IMG/VR virus record: IMGVR_UViG_3300023048_000001
Coordinates: 96,001 to 160,000 of that record
DNA length: 64,000 bases
DNA from: a virus
Lineage: Duplodnaviria; Caudoviricetes
Reading direction: 5' to 3' (one strand)
The position numbers and the translations under genes were made by a program. Each line of letters opens with the position of its first letter. Positions within the stretch are counted from its first letter, which is position 1. Positions 1 through 12,398 of the stretch are shown here, piece by piece. The notes under the pieces are model-generated. The model ran no database searches. It was not told the DNA's origin and worked only from the letters and a program-made list of their open reading frames with translations.

Positions 1-668
1 GCATCAAAAGAATTACGATCCACAACGCCGATGACATCTACCCTCTCTTCGCCATTGCATACAGGGCAAATGATGTATGGGGCTTTAGCATTGGACATGA
101 TGGAATCCTCTGTGGTGTACTTACATTATAGAGGAATACATTCAAAAAGAAAAGCCCCTGTGAGGGGCTTAGTCTAATATCTTGTCTGTATGAAAATAGT
201 CAGGAACGCGTGACACCCACACCTCAAGATTGGGGTATTGATTCTTAGCCCATGCTTCTACCTTGAGTCTACCGTCACGATCATTGGGAGCATTCACTTG
301 AACCGTTTCACGTTCGCGCCAGCTAAACCCTTCAGTGTTCGGTTTGGTTTCAACCCGAAATTTCATGGCTATTCCTTGTGTGTACTTACATTATACAGGA
401 AGGTCGAGCTTGATTGCAACACGATCAAAGAGACGGTTAGCTACCGCATTCTCTTTTGCCACGTATTCACCTGCCTTCTCTTGGGTCATGAGGGTGGCTT
501 GATAGTCCACATCCCAATTGCGATGATAGATACCATCCCAAGCGGCAGGGGTGACACGCTTGAGGATAACGTGATCTTTGGCATCGGTCATCATGATTCC
601 TCTGTGGGTAGATGCATTATATACAATCATTGAGCATCACGCAACACTTTTTTATAATGAAATAGTGC

Positions 669-714
669 TTGTATCAATTCGATTTCTATTATAAAATAGG
701 ATGGAGGTTGGAGA
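669..714 (+). promoter_or_regulatory. Repeat A copy 1 (divergent sigma70-like promoter plus conserved G-rich element)
   Basis: TTGTAT-N17-TAAAAT-AGGATGGAGGTTGGAGA; spacer contains the conserved TTCGATTTCT. Confidence 0.75.
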
Positions 715-1231
715 TAAGGAGAGGCTAAAAAACAAAGGCCACCCCTTGACAGGATGGCCTTTGTGTGTATGTTCAGTTAGAAGCTACGATCATAGAAGGG
801 GTTGGCACGGCCAATGAAGGCATCACGAACGGTACCCTTGAGCTTGCCACGGACGATTACCTCATGCAGAGACGGTTCGCCAAGCGGTGTGGAATCGTTC
901 TCCCAACCCTTGACAGCGTAGCCTTCGGATTCGAAGTCCACCTTCCACGACATTTCCTGCAACATGTAACCCTTGATCTTGCCATTCTTGCCGTAGACAA
1001 TTTCGGTCACCTTGGCAGGCTTACGATCACGACCATAGAGGATAGTAGCCCAATCACCCACCTTTGCGTCAGGCTTGGCCGTGGTATCAGCCATCATGCC
1101 GCTGTAGAGGTTGCCGTACTTCATGGTGTTGTTGCTCATGGGTCTATCTCCGTGTGGTGTGATGCTATTCTACTAAAGGAATGTGTATCACGCAACCCCT
1201 TTTGAGTAATTATTTTAAATTAAATTAGCAC

Positions 1232-1276
1232 TTGCACCAATTCGATTTCTGTTATAAAATAGGGTTGTGGCTGGGA
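1232..1276 (+). promoter_or_regulatory. Repeat A copy 2
   Basis: TTGCAC-N17-TAAAAT-AGGGTTGTGGCTGGGA. Confidence 0.75.
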
Positions 1277-1378
1277 GAGCAAGTGATTGGGTAAAAAGAA
1301 ACCCTCTCCACACCACATAGAGAGGGTTCCGACTTGCTCAGTTGCTACATGCTACCGTGTCACACTCACCCGTATACT

Positions 1379-1921
1379 TTAGCGAATCTTGATGACCTTG
1401 ACAATCTCAGTCTTATCACCAATGCTTTCGGCAATATCCATTGCCATTTGCTGAATTTCAGCTTGGATACATTCAGTGGCGTATGATTCAATACCCCACC
1501 GGGATTCTTCAGGGCCTTCAACGGGATTCCCGTTTACATCCAGTAGCTTGACAGTGACACCAACATAGTGCCACTCACTCGCGAGCCAGCCCCGCAAGTG
1601 TTTCATATCTTCATTCACGGCAAGCTCAAGCGCCTTACCCGGATGCATATCCGGCTTCACACCATCTGCTACCCAACCTTGAGCTTTCGCTTTCTTCATA
1701 GCGCCAGCAAAGTCATAGAGCCAGATGTCATAACCATCAACATGGATGACACGCTCACCGGGAGCCTTGAACGAACGGTATCCATTGTTACGTGTGTTCA
1801 CATGGCGAACCGTACCGTGTGCATCCGAACGGTCCCACGGACATTCATTGTCAAGATCAACCTCAATGAAATACTGAAAGCTAAGACCATTGATAGAGAA
1901 GATGGTTTCATGAATGCGCAT
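1379..1921 (-). CDS. hypothetical phage protein (180 aa)
   Basis: ORF with promoter and CACAGGGA SD. Confidence 0.8.
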   Translation of the reverse strand: MRIHETIFSINGLSFQYFIEVDLDNECPWDRSDAHGTVRHVNTRNNGYRSFKAPGERVIHVDGYDIWLYDFAGAMKKAKAQGWVADGVKPDMHPGKALELAVNEDMKHLRGWLASEWHYVGVTVKLLDVNGNPVEGPEESRWGIESYATECIQAEIQQMAMDIAESIGDKTEIVKVIKIR

Positions 1922-3377
1922 GGTGGTTCCCTGTGGTGTGGAAGCATTATAACGTAATTGGTCTAACTGTGCAACACCTTATTCAATATTGGTGCGCAGA
2001 TAGAGCCAGCCACGGGAAGATTCAGCTTCAATGTACCACTTGCGGAAGTCGTCACGCAATGGCTTGGAAATGGCATCACCCAAGCCATTGTCTTCCAACT
2101 CTTTACGATCCCAAAAGCCTACACCATGACCACGGGCAGTCAGGTACAGATCGTGGCCGAATGCCGCTTCAGGGCTTCCAGAGTCAGGATGGGAACCATA
2201 ACCCTCAACCGCCAGCACTTGACGGGAAAGCTTTGGATATGCTTTGACGAATGCTTCAGCATACTTGCGAGCGGACGCCAGAGCCTTTTTGGTAACCTGT
2301 GGGTTCTTATCCTCACAATCGGCCCATACTGCGACAATGCACATATGCTTGGCGATGATGTCGAAGTCGATCATGAGGTTATCTCCCGTGGTGTGGAGCT
2401 ATTATAAAACAAATGGAAAGGGGTTGCAAGGGTTTTGTGTAAAATAAAAGTGCCGGGGGTTATCGTCCGGCGTCCCATTTCGTATTGTCTCATATGGAAG
2501 CGTTATAATGGCAAAGGGTCCGCTACACCCACCGTTCAGCCTAAGTCGTTACTAACCGCTACGGCTGACACGTCCGTAACATAGCGGTCTTCAGGGTTAG
2601 CTCTTACTCGTTGGGCTTGAGGAATTCAGGCCAGAGGAAGGCATGCATTTCGTTTTCCGAATTGAGCAGCCAATTGTGGATGCTATTGGGGATACGGTCG
2701 GATTCGTCACCGATTTCACCCGTGTCAACTGCGCAGTTATACGTTGCGCTGTCACCGTTGGGAGCGTAGACCATGGCGGGAGTACCAGCACCCGGATCGT
2801 CAGGAATGATTTCACTCTTATCGAGTACCAGCTTCCAGCCGTCTTTGGTAAGGGTCTTCACGTTATCGCTCATGGTGTATCTCCTGTGGTGTGATTCCAT
2901 TATACTGGAACCATGGCAGAATGCAATACTTTTGTTGAATAATTAAGGGCTAAAGTATTCTTTGATAACCCTTGACGCTTCAGCAATATTATGGGTTAGC
3001 ATTTCATCAGAGATAGGACCAATCAATTCCCTGATATCTTTCTCATTGTCAAGGGTTATCAACCTATCACCGTAACCACCCATGGCGTCTACCATATTGG
3101 TTCCGTTAATGTCAAATGCCCTGTCATCATCGAGCAATACCCAAGCGTGACCGATGTAGGGATCGATTTCCTCGCACAGTTCTACCACCATTGTCAAGCC
3201 ATAGGCCCGATGCATGGCCAGTGCCAGATACATGCATTTGCCGCACATATAAGCATCGATGATTGACTCAGGTACGGGCTTGATGGCATGCATTAATATC
3301 TACCAGATGTCTTATGTGTGGTTACATTATACACAATCCATTACATAACACAACTCTTTTTTATAATGAAATAGGTG

Positions 3378-3421
3378 TTGACTGATTTCGATTTCTATTA
3401 TAAAATAGGTTGTGGCTGGGA
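3378..3421 (+). promoter_or_regulatory. Repeat A copy 3
   Basis: TTGACT-N17-TAAAAT-AGGTTGTGGCTGGGA. Confidence 0.75.
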
Positions 3422-4900
3422 GACTGTGCATAATGGAACTAAGCACACCACGCAACTACTTTGTTATACAGAAATCGTAATCAGGGTGACGTGCCAAGTA
3501 GTTCTTAAGAAATTCCTTAGCTTCGTCCATGCTGGCAAAATCATGCTGAAACGTTCCCCAACCCCACTGACCGTTTCCCTTGGGTACACGAATCATCAAC
3601 CTGATAGGTGCATGGTCACCAGTGCGAACACGATAGGGTGTATATTCATCTTTACAAGCCAGCATGGCTATGGTATCACCATCAGGCGTCTCGGCGCTGG
3701 GCCATCCTCGCCGTTCGAATGAACGATAACGACCAGTGGGTGCAGACTGGACTTTCCATGCATATTTAATCACGATGGTTCACCAGTTGTTCATTCAGCA
3801 CTGCACACCTTGCATCAGCCTGACGCTTATGTTCGTGCAAGGGTACGGAACCATAGCAGTCCCATGGATATGCTGAATCGACTATGTATGATCCACGGCT
3901 ACCGTATCGAATAACACGGTAGCCAGTAAGGATGCCAGAGATGTACCACGGCAGGACTTCCCACATGTTACACCACCTTGCGCGGATCGCGCGATTCAAT
4001 GATGTCACCCGTGGCGTAGTTCGTGGTGCGGTAATACATGGGACGGCCATCAACCATCTTGATACCGATGGAAGGATTGGCATTCAGGAAATCTTCAATG
4101 ACCATCTTCTGGATAGCAGCCTGACGAGTAGCGGCTTCGGTGTTGAAGACGTTGGGGGCGGTTGCGAGGGTCATTGTGTATCTCCTGTGGTGTGGAATCA
4201 TTATAACGTAATTGACCAGAGCCGTCAACAACTTTATATAAAAAAAGTCCCCTATTCGGGGACTTTGTTGATGAAGACGTGGAGTTCATCGAAGGCCGAT
4301 TCGTACAGTGCAGCCTTACAGTCTTGAGGCGTTCCGGTTTCCAGTGTCGAATCGATCTTACCATTTTCGAAAATGTCAATAGCGGACTTACCGTTACGGA
4401 CAGAGGCGATGTATCGATAACCTACATTCTCACCCTTGGCCTTGTCTAGCACGTTATTGACCATTTCGCAACGAGAGCGCAGACTTTCGTGAGTGAATCG
4501 CATGGTGCTATCTCCGGTGGTTAATTCCATTATACATGAAGCTCAACCATCGTACAAGGGTTAGCTATTCACTCCATAGAGCGCCAGCACGGCCTTCAGA
4601 TGGTGTTTGTTTGCGAATTCCAAGCGCTGAATCAGCATGATTTCTTCCACTGCGGATTCACACTTGACACCGAGATATGCCAGACCGATTGCCTTCAGGC
4701 CATTGTCCAACTGGTCCAGATTCGAACCCGGAATCATCTTAATGAATTCGACCACCATCTTACTGAAACCGTCGAAGTCGGTGGTGATGGTAAGAGCGGC
4801 GAGAGTATCAATGTTATCGGTCATGGTAGTTCCCTGTGGTGTGATTACATTATACACAATCAATCCGGATATGCAACTCTTTTTTATAATGAAATAGGTG

Positions 4901-4945
4901 TTGACTGATTTCGATTTCTGTTATAAAATAGGTTGTGGCTGGGGA
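4901..4945 (+). promoter_or_regulatory. Repeat A copy 4
   Basis: TTGACT-N17-TAAAAT-AGGTTGTGGCTGGGGA. Confidence 0.75.
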
Positions 4946-5475
4946 ACCAGCATCAATTAAAATAAAACCCACCCTTGACAGGTGGGTTTCGTTATGATGG
5001 ATCAGCCGTATACGACGCTACCGAAGAGCATGTATTGCATGATGATATCAGCATCTTCACCATCGTAATTTTCATTCATCACGTTCATGATGCGGGAGAC
5101 AGGGATGGTATCCCAATTCTTCTTAATCAGTTCCAACGTGAGGATATGCTTATCTTCGCTCTCCATATCCGTGAAGGTGAGACCCTTACCCTTGCGGAGC
5201 ATTTGAGCCTGCACGTCTTCGATACAGATGGAACCTTTGATGGGCATGTCATCAGCATTGAGTTCAGCCTTGGCATCTTCGTACTCGTCATCATCATAAG
5301 ACAGTTCGAAACCGTAGTCCACAAAGAAGGGAAGGCCAGTGGTCAGAGCATGATAAGCAATGTTGATCATTTCTTCGTTCGTGGCGATCAGCTTCATGGT
5401 GTATCTCCTGTGGTGTGGAATCAGTATAACGTAATTCCAGATAGAGTCAACAATTATTTTAAATTAAATTGGCAC

Positions 5476-5520
5476 TTGCACCAATTCGATTTCTATTATA
5501 AAATAGGTTGTGGCTGGGGA
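5476..5520 (+). promoter_or_regulatory. Repeat A copy 5
   Basis: TTGCAC-N17-TAAAAT-AGGTTGTGGCTGGGGA. Confidence 0.75.
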
Positions 5521-6264
5521 ACTGACCGAAATGAAACCCGAATTTACTCGGGCTTGCACGCTTGATCAAGGTTGAGGTGCCAGCTATCACGGGCACCATT
5601 GTGGTACAGGTAAGAGCCATCATTGAATCTGACGTTGGAAATCATGGTTCCACGCTGATCATCAATGACATACACTCCCGTAGCCTTGCCTTCACGCTGT
5701 AGCTTGGATATGACAGCCAGCACGAAATCAGGGCCACCATTGCGGGAATTGTCAAGGATTTCCTTCGCAATGGTCATGAATTCGGAACATCTTTAATCGT
5801 TACCTTTTTGGTCCACACGTCTTCCAGACCCGTGAGGTATGAATAGGCCGTCTGATAGGTCTCACGCGCAGGCTTATAGCCCAACCCTAGCACGCCACGG
5901 ACACCACCACTGGCATTTGTAACCTGCACCAGCTTGACACCACCATATGCACGGTCGAAATGGAAGTTACCCACTTCGTTAAAGGATTGCGGTGTGCCTG
6001 CTACACGATTGAGCATGGTTGCGAGGTTGTCAAAATCTTGTTTAGTGATACGGTCGGCCATGTCTATCTCCTGTGGTGTGGAAACATTATAATGGAATTC
6101 ACAATGTAGTGCAACCCTTTTATAAAGAAAACCCCGCAATTAGCGGGGTTTGTGTCTGGCGTTGAACCGTGCGATACGCGCGTCACGGTGTTTGCTGCGG
6201 GGTTTGGTTGGGTTCCAATGGTCCCAACCCCATGATGGACGATAGTGGTAGTTCATGGTTATCC

Positions 6265-6657
6265 TTATTCGTGGCGGTCGTGAACAGAGAGGGGAGCGCC
6301 ATAGGTTTCGGCAAAGCGGCTGTCACTGGTATATGCCCAATTTCCGCCAGCCATGGGAGCATTCATATCACCTTCCACCTTGAGACGGTAGGGACAACCT
6401 TCCATTGCAGGTGGCAACACTTCGAAGATGACAGCACGCTTCCGGTAATCTTCAGTCATATCTTCCAATTTCCAATTACCACGCTCACATGGTACGAAAA
6501 AGCTTTTTGCATTGACTCCGAACGTATCCAGTGCCGTGACACCACCGTTTGTGCAGTCGGTTCCCATGCGCAGGATATCCACTAACAGGTAACGTCCACA
6601 TTCATTCAAGGCCTGAGCGCCAGCAAAGGTATGGGTAGTGAAGTGATTGAAGCGCAT
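6265..6657 (-). CDS. hypothetical phage protein (130 aa)
   Basis: ORF with promoter and CACAGGAG SD. Confidence 0.8.
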   Translation of the reverse strand: MRFNHFTTHTFAGAQALNECGRYLLVDILRMGTDCTNGGVTALDTFGVNAKSFFVPCERGNWKLEDMTEDYRKRAVIFEVLPPAMEGCPYRLKVEGDMNAPMAGGNWAYTSDSRFAETYGAPLSVHDRHE

Positions 6658-6735
6658 GGTGAAACTCCTGTGGTGTGGAATCATTATAATTGAATATACG
6701 CCAGTGTCAAGCATGATATTCAATTAAATTAGTTG

Positions 6736-6780
6736 TTGACTGATTTCGATTTCTGTTATAAAATAGGTTGTGGCTGGGGA
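6736..6780 (+). promoter_or_regulatory. Repeat A copy 6
   Basis: TTGACT-N17-TAAAAT-AGGTTGTGGCTGGGGA. Confidence 0.75.
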
Positions 6781-8248
6781 ACTATCATCACGGGAGAAGA
6801 AACCCCTCCACACCACATAGAGGGGTTCCGTGTTACACTTTAAGCGCGGAGCGAAAGAACCATGGCAACACCCGGCACGTCCTGCACTTCCAGAGCGCTG
6901 TAAATCTTCACGCCAGCATCCGAAACCATGAATGCACGGGCCGTATCATCGCTGGGGTTGATATTGTGGGTTTTGAGATATTCACGGAAGGCTTCCACAC
7001 CCTTGTCAGCGGCTTCGCCTATGGTGACCACGTTGATGACTTTGCGGCTCATTTTGGTTCCCTTGGAAGTGAATTAGATTATATCAGGAATTGTTGCAAG
7101 CGGCAAGCGCTTTGGCACGGCGTGCATCACGTTCAGTGATGGAATGCTTGGAATATTCTTTCTTGTAATGCTTGTTCAAAAACCCGTTGATGCTGCGCAG
7201 GTACTTGAACGAATTGTCGAATGCTGCCTTGTCGGCCTGATATTCGCGACTCAACCGGATATGTTCGGGAGTCAAACCCATCGGACCCTTCTCAGGATAC
7301 TTGTCATTCAGGATAGCTGACATACGGTCAACTTGAGCGTTGAACTCTTTTTGAACATCGAGGGCTTCTTGAAATGACATCATGGCTTTGGTTTCCTGTG
7401 GTGTGATTCCATTATACATGAACCACACTATGGGTCAAGCATTTCTTTTAAATAAAATGCTATTGGTTAATGACAGCCTTGATTGAACCCGGTGCCCAGC
7501 CAGTGTCAGTTTTGTTCAACTGTACGGCGGCACTCATGTTAACCACATTCGTCCGAGGGCTCTTCACAAGCCCTAGGAGCTTGATGGCAAACTCTACGGC
7601 TTCATTGGGATTGTCGAAAATCACCAATGGTACACGCGGATCGGTGTTATCAATTTGCACGATCAGCCTCCAATTTCTTGCGGTAGGTGATTTCTTCCTC
7701 GACCTTGGCGCGCATCGTTGCGATGAACGTTTCACCCAATGCCACCCATTCCGCATCGGTATTGTCTTTATAGTAGCAGACATATACCGATTCAGTTTCG
7801 TAAAAGCTGGCGGTGTCATCAGTAAAGGAAAAGTACAGGTAGCCATCACGGTTATTGATCAGTTCGCAACGGCTGTCAATCTTTGCCAGTTTACGATTAA
7901 CGTCACGAATTGCCATGTTAGTTCCCTGTGGTGTGGAATCATTATAATGGAAAGGTGCGATGTGGTCAACACCTTTCCACCATTATTTTATCAGGAATCG
8001 CGACGCTTGAACTCAGCGTCAATCGCATCCATTTCAGCATCAATTACATTTGCTTCGCGAAGGTCTTCCGTGGTGTTCTGCATGGCTTCATTGAGAGCTT
8101 CATAGCGGAGGATGAGCCAGTTATTCGTCTTATCAGCGAAGTCATACATGGTAACAGTTCCTTATGTGGTGTGGTTCCATTATACACAATCCATTATATA
8201 CCGCAAGGGATTTCTTTAAAATAATTGGATCTTTTTGCGAGGCTAGTC

Positions 8249-8293
8249 TTCCAGCCTCCATCCTATTTTATAACACAAATCGAAAAGGTGCAA
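8249..8293 (-). promoter_or_regulatory. Repeat A copy 7 (reverse)
   Basis: Minus strand TTGCAC-N17-TAAAAT-AGGATGGAGGCTGGAA. Confidence 0.75.
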
Positions 8294-8559
8294 GAAGTAT
8301 TTTCATTATATCCTCAACGAATTATTAAGCTGATACAGGCGACCACGACAAGGGTTGCGGCCAATACGATAAACGTGATCCAGAGTGCAGCCTCAAGCTT
8401 GCTCATACGATACCTCTTACCCATGTGGTGATCCCCTTGTGGGTTCCATTATACACAGTCCATTCTAAAATACAATACATTTATTTTCAAAATAATGCTT
8501 GACAGGTGCCTAGGGTTAGCTTATAGTGGATCACCTAACACCACATCGGAGGTCAACAC

Positions 8560-8847
8560 ATGTCCGTAACCAAACAGGACGTGGCGCGCTATGCTGCGGA
8601 GAAAGGGATAGAGATTGAGGATGAAGGTAGTGGTCGAGACCGTCACATCCATGGATACTCGCCCGATGGGTTCATCTTTAAAGCCACTGAAACCCATAAC
8701 ATCGGGTGCTATGATGGTGGTCATTGGGATGGTAAGCCGGTAGACTGGACGCATGTAATGGGTCAGCTTAAACTGATTCCTTGCCCCAACTATCCCAACT
8801 GCGAAATCTGCAATGAAGAGACGTATGTCGGCCCTTCCCAACTGTAG
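8560..8847 (+). CDS. hypothetical protein with C-terminal CxxxxxCxxC motif
   Basis: TTGACA-N17-TATAGT promoter at 8499, GGAGG SD, TAG stop. Confidence 0.8.
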   Translation: MSVTKQDVARYAAEKGIEIEDEGSGRDRHIHGYSPDGFIFKATETHNIGCYDGGHWDGKPVDWTHVMGQLKLIPCPNYPNCEICNEETYVGPSQL

Positions 8848-8941
8848 GCAATGGTGGTTCATCCACTATAAGCCTGAACCATGGACGACCTATGCCATGG
8901 TGCTACGTTGGAGTACACAACGCCGTGATCTGTTCAATCTA

Positions 8942-8967
8942 AATTAAGTCCTTACGCAAGCGTAACC
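8942..8967 (+). repeat. Repeat B copy 1 (palindromic)
   Basis: AATTAAGTCC-TTACGC-AA-GCGTAA-CC. Confidence 0.8.
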
Positions 8968-9034
8968 CTAGGGACATATAGCACAAGGCCTGAAGATATC
9001 TTCAGGCCTTTATCGTTTAAACTGTGCGGTTAGA

Positions 9035-11075
9035 TCAGTCGAACAAACTGTTGACGTTGTAGTTCAACACTTCCTCGGCTTCCTGACGGGAGCAACCATT
9101 CTCCACCATGGAGGCAATGAGTTCAGGCTTGTGTGGAGACATACTGGCATGCTCGGCACCACCCAGCACATCGTAGGCTGTCTTGTTGTGCTGGATCATC
9201 TGCTGACCCACTGCGATCAACATAGCACCGAACACATGTTTTTGATGCTCGATCTTGATATGCATCCCATTCTCCTAGGGTTCTTTTAAAACAGTAGCAC
9301 CATCATGCAACACGTCAGCTTCCACAATGAGAGGATGGCTCTCATTGTTGTTCTCGCGTTCGATCCAGTATGCAGGACCACCATTGTACGTGCTGAAAGC
9401 TCGCACAAGCCAATTCTTTCCCTGATAGGCAATCAGGGTACCGTTCTCATAGATCGTCTTCATTACCACTGTCCTCGATCAGTTGCCACGTAAACATGGA
9501 CATCATCATGGTCATAGTGATAGCTGATCCGCAATACCTCTCCACGCATCCGTGGATTCTCACCATAGACGCATTCACCGACACGAGGAACGGGAACACC
9601 ATGGACAGTGTTACCCGCAGTCTCAGAATCCAGAATGCCTGTTTCATCGTAAAGAATAACTCGCATAGTTTGCTCCGTGGTGTCTATGGTTTAAATATAA
9701 TGGAACGAAGTCACTATGTCAACACTTATGGAGTCGGATAGTCTCGATCAACACCCAACTCTTCGAAGTCACTGAGCAACATGGTTTTGAGCTTGTCTTT
9801 GGGAATGTCTGCGATGATCTTTGCATTATCGAAGTGGACAGACATATGGGACATTGGCGCACCCAACTGCAATGCCGTGAAGACATGCCAGTGAGGGTAT
9901 TCATTCTTATCGTAATTGTTGACATCGGGTGGAATCTTCATATTGGCCTGTTTTGCAGCAGGGACAAGCATTTCAGCGAAAGCAAACATGATTAGGCTCC
10001 GATAGTGAAGTGGATATTGTACAGCTTAAAGAATGCGATAATACCGATGATGAAAAGGATCAGGAACACAAGGGTTCCAAAGAACTGAATCACGACCCCT
10101 TCAAGCCCGTCACCACTGAACAAACACTTGAACATCATGCAGAACGCTACAGCGATGTAGAACACTAGGCAGAACGTAATCATTTCGCAATCTCCAACAC
10201 GTCTTCAACGCGTTCCATTTCAACAGTGAAGTTACCGAGTTGCATATCACCGTATTCTCCCGGCTGCAATCCGACCAGATAAGAAGCGCCAGCATACTCA
10301 TGGTGAGCATGACCAAACAGGAACCGCATCTTGACAGGGAAGACAGATTCGACTTGAACGCTGAACGTGTCGGGCCCTATGGAGTCAGTGATGACTGTGG
10401 ATGCAGTGCCATCTAGGTTTACATTAACAGTAATCGCCTTGTATGGCTTACCCTTATAGTAGGCCATGACGTGGTACGTCTTGTGGAAGCCCACCTGTTC
10501 CTCAGCATGGACCACGGTACTGAAGAGCATGGTGAAGATCAGAATGAGCTTGTACATGACTGGCCTCAGATGTAGATGATTTCGATTTTGTCAACCACGT
10601 CACCATCCAGCGTTGCACGGATAGCACCCTTGGTGGGATCGCGGTCATAATACTTGAGGTGTTGCGTAGTCTGACCACCACCGAGCTTTTCAAACGATTC
10701 ATAGCTAATCGGTGTTGGAACTGAACTGAAATAGAGGTTGCTATCATCATTGTCTAAGAATCCAGACATACCAAACTTCGTGTATGCCTTGATGACGACT
10801 TTCAATGCATCACGAGTATGGAAGTCATCTTCCTCCAACGTCTGGATGTAGTCAGCAGCCTCCCGCATGGATATACGATGGTGTGACCACGGCTGAATCT
10901 GCAAACCCTTGTGGGTGAAGATACGCCAGTTGGCATTGTCATACTGATTGGTGAGAAACCCAACCGCAGCATTCGACTCGCCACGATTGGCGGAAGGAAT
11001 GATCTGGAAGATTTTCACTCCCTTGCGCTTCATGATATCAGACAGTTCGATTTGCACGAGGTTGAAGGTACTCAT
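9035..11075 (-). other. Cluster of small hypothetical genes: 9035-9265, 9275-9469, 9463-9666, 9726-9989, 9992-10183 (membrane), 10180-10557 (signal peptide), 10566-11075
   Basis: Abutting or overlapping ORFs with SD sites. Confidence 0.75.
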
Positions 11076-11152
11076 GGATCACATCCTCTGGTTGATGGTT
11101 TCAATATAACGTAATCACCTAATACCGTCAAGCATTATATTCAAAGAATTTC

Positions 11153-11201
11153 ATTCAGCTTAGGTTCAGGTATAGTGTTATAAAATAGGTGAGGGATGGG
11201 A
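11153..11201 (+). promoter_or_regulatory. Repeat A copy 8, PhoP-box-like variant
   Basis: ATTCAG-N5-GTTCAG in place of the -35, then TAAAAT-AGGTGAGGGATGGGA. Confidence 0.65.
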
Positions 11202-11373
11202 GAACGGGAAGTTCCTGTGATCGAGGCGTGAAGAAAAGGCTTGACCCCATCACCCGTTAAGCTAAGATGATGGAACCAAGCCTTCGTTGTTAAGACGCTT
11301 GAGCGTGCCCTCTACCTTTGTGAAGTCGGCCAGTACGTCTACCACTTCCCCTTCAGGATCGAAGATCAACCAT

Positions 11374-11598
11374 TCAGGCGCATCGCTGTTGGTTCGTTCT
11401 TGACAGGTGTACATGATTGCCAGTCACCTTTAGGGGTTCCAAGCTAGCATCGTCCCAGCCACACATCCACTGATAGAAGTGAGGGGAAAGCGCCATGTGT
11501 GCATATGGGCTGTCTTGCCATGTCTTCCCATCACGGAAGGCCTTCTGGCCTTCCTTATACGGATCAATGCTGAAAACGTTGTTTACTTGAGTGCCCAT
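11374..11598 (-). CDS. hypothetical protein (74 aa)
   Basis: ORF with GAGGA SD. Confidence 0.7.
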   Translation of the reverse strand: MGTQVNNVFSIDPYKEGQKAFRDGKTWQDSPYAHMALSPHFYQWMCGWDDASLEPLKVTGNHVHLSRTNQQRCA

Positions 11599-11689
11599 GG
11601 GCCTTGTCCTCTTGAGACGATCTTAAGGATGGTAAGGAGTCTCTAGGATACCTGAATTTCGGCAGATATCCTAGAGGTCACCCGGCGAG

Positions 11690-12145
11690 TCATGCGGCCT
11701 GCTGGCTATCCAGCACATTGACGATGGCGCTGGCGATCTGCTGAGCGAGGGCACCGTTACTGCGCTTGCCATTGCTGGCGGTAACCTTGGGAGCCGTTTC
11801 AGCCTTCGCGGGACGACCCGGACGACGCTTCGGTGCAGCTTCAGCGACCGGTGCAGCTTCAGCCTTGGGCGCACGCTTACCGGTATTCTGCTTGCGTGCA
11901 AGCTGTTCGATCTGGAAGCTGATTTTCTTCGCGTCGAATTCCCAGATGGTGGACGGCTTACCGCCGCGACCTTCCGTTTTCTTCTTTTCGGTACCGACTG
12001 CCGTTGCCATGCCCATGCGGGTAAGGAACGAAATGTCCGGCTGCTGCAACACGGTCGTCTGGCCGTTGATGGTGAGAGCGATACGACCGGCAAGCTGCTT
12101 CGGGGTACCAATGAACTTACCGTCGTTCGCGTTGAGGTTCTTCAT
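11690..12145 (-). CDS. putative DNA-binding protein: winged-helix-like domain plus Ala/Lys/Pro-rich tail with AT-hook
   Basis: GRGGKPSTIWE wing-like motif; KRRPGRPAK AT-hook; GGAG SD. Confidence 0.6.
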   Translation of the reverse strand: MKNLNANDGKFIGTPKQLAGRIALTINGQTTVLQQPDISFLTRMGMATAVGTEKKKTEGRGGKPSTIWEFDAKKISFQIEQLARKQNTGKRAPKAEAAPVAEAAPKRRPGRPAKAETAPKVTASNGKRSNGALAQQIASAIVNVLDSQQAA

Positions 12146-12398
12146 GATCGTTTCTCCGAGTAGTTGTTGTTTAACCGAGGGCTTATTTGCTGTCGGTGGA
12201 AGTAGACTACTCAAACATTGAAACGAATGCAATACCCTGTATAACGAAATTCAGGGTATAGACAGTTTGGTATAGATGATATTCTTTAAATAAACGCACT
12301 TTTGACGGGTTGTTCACGTTAAAGTGGTTTTTCGTGAGATTGGTGTGAAGGCCTAGTGCTTTTGATGTATACAAGTCTACGGCCTTCACACATGTTAA

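Larger units (their letters stand above)
169..8149 (-). other. Array of small early hypothetical genes, most with their own promoter: 169-366, 391-594, 777-1139, 1379-1921, 1979-2374, 2604-2873, 2943-3293, 3456-3773, 3968-4174, 4252-4503, 4561-4824, 5002-5397, 5544-5777, 5774-6061, 6265-6657, 6840-7052, 7084-7383, 7460-7660, 7650-7916, 7991-8149
   Basis: Most ORFs are preceded on the minus strand by TTG..-N16/17-TATAAT, a CCACACCACAGG(AG)-like leader/SD and then ATG. Starts were corrected to the SD-adjacent ATG. Hairpin+U terminators lie between units. Confidence 0.8.

Noticed and set aside
1261-1276. GGCTGGG as a Chi site
   Set aside because: It does not match GCTGGTGG and is tied to a promoter-like context.
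8942-8975. Repeat B as an integron attC site
   Set aside because: Too short, lacks proper RYYYAAC/GTTRRRY ends, and there is no integrase in the window.
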